NCBI RefSeq assembly: GCF_988242995.1
Contig: NZ_OZ547043.1
Strand: one strand, 5' to 3'
DNA length: 64,000 bases
In this document: piece by piece, positions 59,690-64,000 of the stretch
Layout: each line of letters opens with the position of its first letter
How positions within the stretch are numbered: the first letter of the stretch is position 1
Made by a program: the position numbers and the translations under genes
The notes under the pieces: generated by a model
The model's input: only the letters and a program-made list of their open reading frames with translations
Database searches by the model: none
Told to the model about the DNA's origin: nothing

Positions 59690-60454
59690 ATGAAACTGAA
59701 AACGGTCGAGATTAACGGAAAACAATACGCAGAAATTGATACTGCTGGCCTGCCAGTTTATGTGCACGACGATGGTAAAGAAATTGGCTTCGATGCACCG
59801 CTGGCGACAAAAAAAATTACAGAGCTTAATGGCGAGGCAAAAAATCATCGCCTGGCTAAAGAAGCTGCAGAGGAAAAACTGGCTAAGTTTGCCGCTATCG
59901 AAGACCCGAAGAAGGCGATCGAGGCACTGGAAATGCTGTCAAAAATCGACCAGAAAAAGCTGCTCGATGCGGGACAGGTTGACCAGGTTAAGGCAGAAAT
60001 TACGAAAAATTTTCAGCAGCAATTAGATGAAGAAAAGCAACGCTCTCAGATGCTGGAGAAGCAGCTTTACGATTCTATGATTGGCGGTAGTTTTGCGGGT
60101 TCAAAATATATTGCCGATAAAATTGCGATCCCGGCAGATTTATTACAAGCCCGCTTCGGGCAGGCATTCAAAGTGGAAGAAGGGAGGATCGTTGCTTATG
60201 ACGCTTCCGGCAACAAAATTTATTCCCGCGCGAAGCCTGGCGAACTGGCGCAGTTTGATGAGGCGCTGGAGTTCCTTGTCGAAAATTACCCTCAGAAAGA
60301 CTACATCCTGAAAGCCAGTGGCAACAATGGCGGCGGCTCCCGTCCGACACAGCATGATATTGGTCAGAAAACGATGAAACGCTCTGCTTTTGATGCACTG
60401 GATGTTGCAGGTAAGCAAAACGCATTGAAAGACGGTATCACAATCGTTGATTAA
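59690..60454 (+). CDS. Scaffolding protein (putative)
   Basis: 254 aa from ATG 59690, with a Lys/Glu/Ala-rich coiled-coil character. Immediately upstream of the major capsid gene. Confidence 0.6.
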   Translation: MKLKTVEINGKQYAEIDTAGLPVYVHDDGKEIGFDAPLATKKITELNGEAKNHRLAKEAAEEKLAKFAAIEDPKKAIEALEMLSKIDQKKLLDAGQVDQVKAEITKNFQQQLDEEKQRSQMLEKQLYDSMIGGSFAGSKYIADKIAIPADLLQARFGQAFKVEEGRIVAYDASGNKIYSRAKPGELAQFDEALEFLVENYPQKDYILKASGNNGGGSRPTQHDIGQKTMKRSAFDALDVAGKQNALKDGITIVD

Positions 60455-60552
60455 CACATTTGTCAGCTTCCGGATGGGAGCTGGTGTCAGGGCTGGATAG
60501 CTCATTACTCCATCTATTCACAATTACGCAAATTTTTAAGGAATATTTAATT

Positions 60553-61692
60553 ATGGCTGGAAATACCCTGACCGGGTTGATCCCGACTATTTATACCGCC
60601 CTGGATGTTGTATCCCGTGAGCAGGTAGGTTTTATCCCTGCGGTAGCAAAAAACGCAAAAGCTGACGCCGCAGCAAAAGATCAGACGGTAACCGCGCCAG
60701 TTGCGCCTGAGGCGAAAACCGAAGATATCGTACCGGGGCCGTCAGCTCCGAATACCGGTGATCAAAATATTGGCACTGTTGATGTAAAAATTACTAAATC
60801 CAAAATGGCACCGGTTAAATGGAATGGTGAAGAACAACTGGCTCTTGGCCCTTCAGGGACTTACAACACCATTCTGGCTGATCAGTTCAAGCAGGCTTTT
60901 CGCGCCCTTGCAAACGAGGTTGAGGCTGATCTTGGTGCGTTGTATTTCGGTGCTTCCCGCGCCGTGGGAACCGCAGGGACAACGCCGTTTGGTGTTAAAG
61001 ATGATCTTTCTGATGCTGCTCTGGCTCGTCAGGTTCTGGAGGATAACGGCGCACCGACAACCGATCTGCAGATGGTGCTTGGCTCCACTGCCATTGCTAA
61101 TTTGCGCGGAAAACAGTCTGTATTGTTTAAAGTGAATGAATCCGGCACTGAACAGCTACTGCGTGAGGGCGTGTTGGGGCGTCTGGAGGGATTCAATATT
61201 CACAGTTCGGCAGGTGTGAAACGAGCGCCAAAGGTTGCTGCAACTGGTTATCTCGTGAATGGAGAGAAAAAAGAAGGCGATGTTCTTATTTCCATTGATA
61301 CTGGTTCGGGGAGTATTTCTGCAGGTCAGATTGTTACGTTCGCTGGTGATCCGAATCAGTATGTTGTGGCAGCAGCGACCAGCAATCTGATTACTCTTGC
61401 AGCGCCCGGACTGCGTCAGGATCTGGCCGATGATACTGCCATCACAGTTGTTGGGGCCTTTACTGCAAATATGGCGTTTGATCGCAACGCGTTTCTGCTG
61501 GCATCCCGTACTCCGGCAATGCCGGAAGGTGGCGATAATGCTGATGATGTAATGAATGTTACGGACCCGATTTCAGGGATTACGTTCCAGATTGCACTGT
61601 ATCGTCAGTATCGCCAGGTGCGCTATGAAGTTGGACTGGCATGGGGTGTTTCATCAGTGAAGCCGGCACATGGTTGTCTGATTCTTGGTTAA
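60553..61692 (+). CDS. Major capsid protein (P22 coat-like by resemblance)
   Basis: 379 aa from ATG 60553, MAGNTLTGLIPTIYTALDVVSREQVGFIPAV.... Position and size fit. Followed by a strong terminator. Confidence 0.7.
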   Translation: MAGNTLTGLIPTIYTALDVVSREQVGFIPAVAKNAKADAAAKDQTVTAPVAPEAKTEDIVPGPSAPNTGDQNIGTVDVKITKSKMAPVKWNGEEQLALGPSGTYNTILADQFKQAFRALANEVEADLGALYFGASRAVGTAGTTPFGVKDDLSDAALARQVLEDNGAPTTDLQMVLGSTAIANLRGKQSVLFKVNESGTEQLLREGVLGRLEGFNIHSSAGVKRAPKVAATGYLVNGEKKEGDVLISIDTGSGSISAGQIVTFAGDPNQYVVAAATSNLITLAAPGLRQDLADDTAITVVGAFTANMAFDRNAFLLASRTPAMPEGGDNADDVMNVTDPISGITFQIALYRQYRQVRYEVGLAWGVSSVKPAHGCLILG

Positions 61693-61702
61693 ACATTCAA
61701 AC

Positions 61703-61722
61703 GGGGCTTCGGCCCCATTTTT
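61703..61722 (+). terminator. Intrinsic terminator after the capsid gene
   Basis: GGGGC-TTCG-GCCCC followed by ATTTTT. Confidence 0.7.
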
Positions 61723-61734
61723 AATGGAGGGCAT

Positions 61735-61911
61735 ATGGCCGGATTAACTAAAGAGCAAAGAGCACAGCGTGAAGCCGCACAAAAAACGCAAATTGAGTTA
61801 GTGGTTATGGTGACCGATTATCAGATGTTTCCCGGCGCACCAACTATCGCTAATGTTCATCCTGATGAAGTTGACAACTGGAAGGCTATGGGCTGGAAAA
61901 CTCAGGAGTAA
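61735..61911 (+). CDS. Small phage protein (58 aa)
   Basis: GGAGGG lies 5 nt before the ATG. Translation MAGLTKEQRAQREAAQKTQIELVVMVTDYQMFPGAPTIANVHPDEVDNWKAMGWKTQE. Below the ORF-track cut-off. Confidence 0.55.
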   Translation: MAGLTKEQRAQREAAQKTQIELVVMVTDYQMFPGAPTIANVHPDEVDNWKAMGWKTQE

Positions 61912-61914
61912 CAC

Positions 61915-62310
61915 ATGATCACTTACGTGACCTGTGATGACGTTGATAATGCGTTTGGGAACGCCTGGACGAGTGAGAACGCTAAAAATAAAGCTGTTTT
62001 AATGGCTAATGCCTGGCTTAATGGCTTCAACCTGAAAATTAACCCATCCCGTATTCCGGAAGAGGTAAAACTTGCGGGAGCATATGCAGCCAGAATTGCC
62101 TCATTCGGTAAGTTGTTTCAGCAGAAAAATGATTCTGGCGTTGTTATCAGTAAAGCCGTGTCGGCTGACGGGGTCAGTGTATCGAAATCATTTGCTGAGT
62201 TGCCAGCAAACAGCACTGTATTGCTTGAACCCGATTTACAGCTTGCGATAGCACTGCTGAAACCGTACGGACTTAGTCGCTCACAAGTCAGGGTTGTGAG
62301 GGGGGGATAA
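61915..62310 (+). CDS. Head-tail connector/adaptor protein (putative)
   Basis: 131 aa. Tightly packed after the capsid module, with an ATAATG overlap to the next gene. Confidence 0.5.
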   Translation: MITYVTCDDVDNAFGNAWTSENAKNKAVLMANAWLNGFNLKINPSRIPEEVKLAGAYAARIASFGKLFQQKNDSGVVISKAVSADGVSVSKSFAELPANSTVLLEPDLQLAIALLKPYGLSRSQVRVVRGG

Positions 62311-62693
62311 TGGGGCTTCGTGAAGAGATTCAGTCAGAGGTTGCCGCTGCTTTTGATGAGGATTTAGCGGACGCCGTGAGTGATTTTTCTGGTTCTTACG
62401 TTACGCACCGGCACTGGGATCCTGTGACGGAAACTGGCGGCGAATCCACCGCAATCTATACCGGGCGAGGCGTGTTGACACGTTATAAGCTGGGCAGAAT
62501 TGATGGGATTAATATTTTGCATGGTGACCTTAAATTAACCGCTCTGGTATGCGAGGTTACGGATAAACCCGCTGTCGACCATATTATTGAGATTTATGAT
62601 CCTGTATTAAGGCAGTTACAACGATACGAGGTAATTACAGCGAGTGTAGATCCTTCCGCATCAGTTTACTCTATCCAGTTAAGGAGAGCGTAA
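62310..62693 (+). CDS. Head completion protein (putative)
   Basis: 127 aa, called on gene order only. Confidence 0.45.
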   Translation: MGLREEIQSEVAAAFDEDLADAVSDFSGSYVTHRHWDPVTETGGESTAIYTGRGVLTRYKLGRIDGINILHGDLKLTALVCEVTDKPAVDHIIEIYDPVLRQLQRYEVITASVDPSASVYSIQLRRA

Positions 62694-63074
62694 ATGGCAA
62701 AGGCATGGGATATAGAACCGTCAATATTTGCCGGGATGATTGAGGAAGATGTGGGGCTGAAAATTCGCTACATCGCTATGCAGATTCTTACTGCTATTGA
62801 TATTGCTGCTCCGGTTGATACCGGACGTTTCAGAAATAACAACCTGGTGTCGTTACAGCATCCCGATTTTGGTATATCTGATAACGTGGATCCGAACGGT
62901 ACGATTGCGGTTCAGCGTGGGATCGGGGTTATTTCGAAAGCTGCAAATTACGGAGTTATTTATATCCAGAATAACCTTCCTTATGCAGAGGCTCTTGAAA
63001 ACGGTCATTCACAACAAGCGCCAACTGGCGTGTATGCCAACGCTTTTCATGGTGTTTTACAGGCTTACAAATGA
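62694..63074 (+). CDS. HK97 gp10-like head-tail joining protein
   Basis: 126 aa with PVDTGRFRNN...NNLPYAEALENGHS, typical of the gp10 family as I recall it. Confidence 0.6.
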   Translation: MAKAWDIEPSIFAGMIEEDVGLKIRYIAMQILTAIDIAAPVDTGRFRNNNLVSLQHPDFGISDNVDPNGTIAVQRGIGVISKAANYGVIYIQNNLPYAEALENGHSQQAPTGVYANAFHGVLQAYK

Positions 63075-63463
63075 CGTTTACTGAAATCAGAAATACGGTT
63101 ATTTCCAGAATGACGGCACAGACGATTATTGATGGAAAAGACGTATTGTATCCGAACGCGCCAACGTTCGATCCTTCCGGTAAGTTAATCTGGGCGCGGT
63201 TAAGTAATATTCCCGGGCAGGCTGGAGTTAATGAAATTGGCGCGGGGCCGATTGTTTATCGCACGGGGATAATCATTATTCAGTTATTTGTCCCCGCAGG
63301 TTCTGGTTCAAAACTCATTACTGAGACAGCCGATAAATTGCGGGAACTGTTTGAGTTTCAGGATGACGATCGTCTCAGTTACCAGGCTGTTTCCTCAATA
63401 GCCGTTGGCGAAAAGAATGGCTGGTTCCAGCTTAATCTTCAAATTCCATATCGCGCGCTCTAG
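63071..63463 (+). CDS. Tail completion/terminator-like protein (putative)
   Basis: 130 aa, ATGA overlap with the previous gene. Precedes the tail tube candidate. Confidence 0.45.
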   Translation: MTFTEIRNTVISRMTAQTIIDGKDVLYPNAPTFDPSGKLIWARLSNIPGQAGVNEIGAGPIVYRTGIIIIQLFVPAGSGSKLITETADKLRELFEFQDDDRLSYQAVSSIAVGEKNGWFQLNLQIPYRAL

Positions 63464-63489
63464 CGCAATTAATGACATAGGAGGCTCCT

Positions 63490-64000
63490 GTGAGTTCAGG
63501 TGCAAAGGTTATCTCGGCATTTATCCGGGAGACGGTTGCAGGCACTACGCCAGCAAGTGGTGACTGGAGTTTATTAAAACGCACAAGCTGGGGAGTAAAA
63601 CCCACCCAGAATAAAGGCGAAAATAATGAGATTGGTGGCTCCCGGATGGCTCAGGGGGCGACGCCTGGCACTGTGGATGTCGGCGGTGATGTTGGTACCA
63701 AATTTCGCTGGGGTCAACATGATGATTTTCTTGCATCCTGTTTCGGCGCGGAATGGTCAGGCGATTCTCTGACAATGGGGAATGAGCGAATAACATTTTC
63801 TCTGGCGACCTATGCGTCCGATGTCGGAATTGCCTCTGTCGTCAGAGGAGCGCAGGTTGGCTCATGGAAAATGCAGATCCCTAACGACGGCGATATTACA
63901 GCGACCGTAACCTTTGCCGGACTGGACTGGGAATCAAAGGCCGATGATACGAATTTTATCAAAGGCGAACCTGTGGATAGTGCAGGAAAGCTACGTTATT
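63490..64000 (+). CDS. Major tail (tube) protein candidate, 5' part (runs off the window end)
   Basis: GTG at 63490 preceded by TAGGAGGC. The open frame VSSGAKVISAFIRETVAGTTPASGDWSLLKRTSWGVKPTQNK... runs to the window edge without a stop. Absent from the ORF track because it is open-ended. Confidence 0.55.
   Translation, partial: MSSGAKVISAFIRETVAGTTPASGDWSLLKRTSWGVKPTQNKGENNEIGGSRMAQGATPGTVDVGGDVGTKFRWGQHDDFLASCFGAEWSGDSLTMGNERITFSLATYASDVGIASVVRGAQVGSWKMQIPNDGDITATVTFAGLDWESKADDTNFIKGEPVDSAGKLRY

Larger units (their letters stand above)
30088..64000. mobile_element. Rac-like lambdoid prophage (left junction at the ttcA 5' end; continues beyond the window)
   Basis: A tyrosine integrase and excisionase sit next to ttcA. 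They are followed by a recET/kil/sieB/racR/ydaSTUVW early region, nin-like genes, Q, a lysis cassette, trkG and a head/tail module. Confidence 0.93.

Overview
The window is an Escherichia coli-type chromosome. Positions 1 to about 30.1 kb are core genome, colinear with my recollection of the K-12 pspF-ttcA interval: pspF/pspABCDE, ycjXF, tyrR, tpx, ycjG, mpaA, ymjC, ycjY, pgrR, mppA, ynaI, ynaJ, uspE, fnr, ogt, abgTBA/abgR, McaS sRNA, smrA, dgcM, zntB, FnrS sRNA, dbpA and ttcA. There is no IS5 between ynaI and ynaJ, and the ymjC reading frame is intact. From about 30.1 kb to the window end lies a Rac-like lambdoid prophage integrated at ttcA. It carries intR, xisR, rcbA, ralR, recT, recE, racC, ydaE, kilR, sieB, ydaFG, racR, ydaSTUVW, nin-like genes, Q, holin/endolysin/Rz/Rz1, trkG, ynaK and a terminase-portal-capsid-tail module. 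It looks far more complete than the K-12 Rac remnant. Several things stand out. (1) An AT-rich two-gene cassette (42.8-45.7 kb, minus strand) lies antisense to the early operon. It encodes an OLD-like ABC-ATPase with a Toprim/DUF4435-like C-terminus, followed by a complete C5-cytosine methyltransferase. This is my best candidate for an undescribed R-M-like or abortive defence system. (2) A hok-family type I toxin locus, missed by the ORF track, sits divergently next to the cassette. (3) Two identical IS200-type copies in direct orientation bracket the whole immunity/replication/defence/Q segment. (4) A membrane-protein moron lies between Q and the holin. (5) A translationally coupled pair, a ParB-like protein plus a glycosyltransferase-like protein, lies upstream of terminase. 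Candidate ori iterons, a possible pac repeat cluster, mirrored racR operators and a duplicated promoter-like element flanking ymjC-ycjY-pgrR are also reported. All family assignments come from reading motifs and recalling known proteins. No database search was run.
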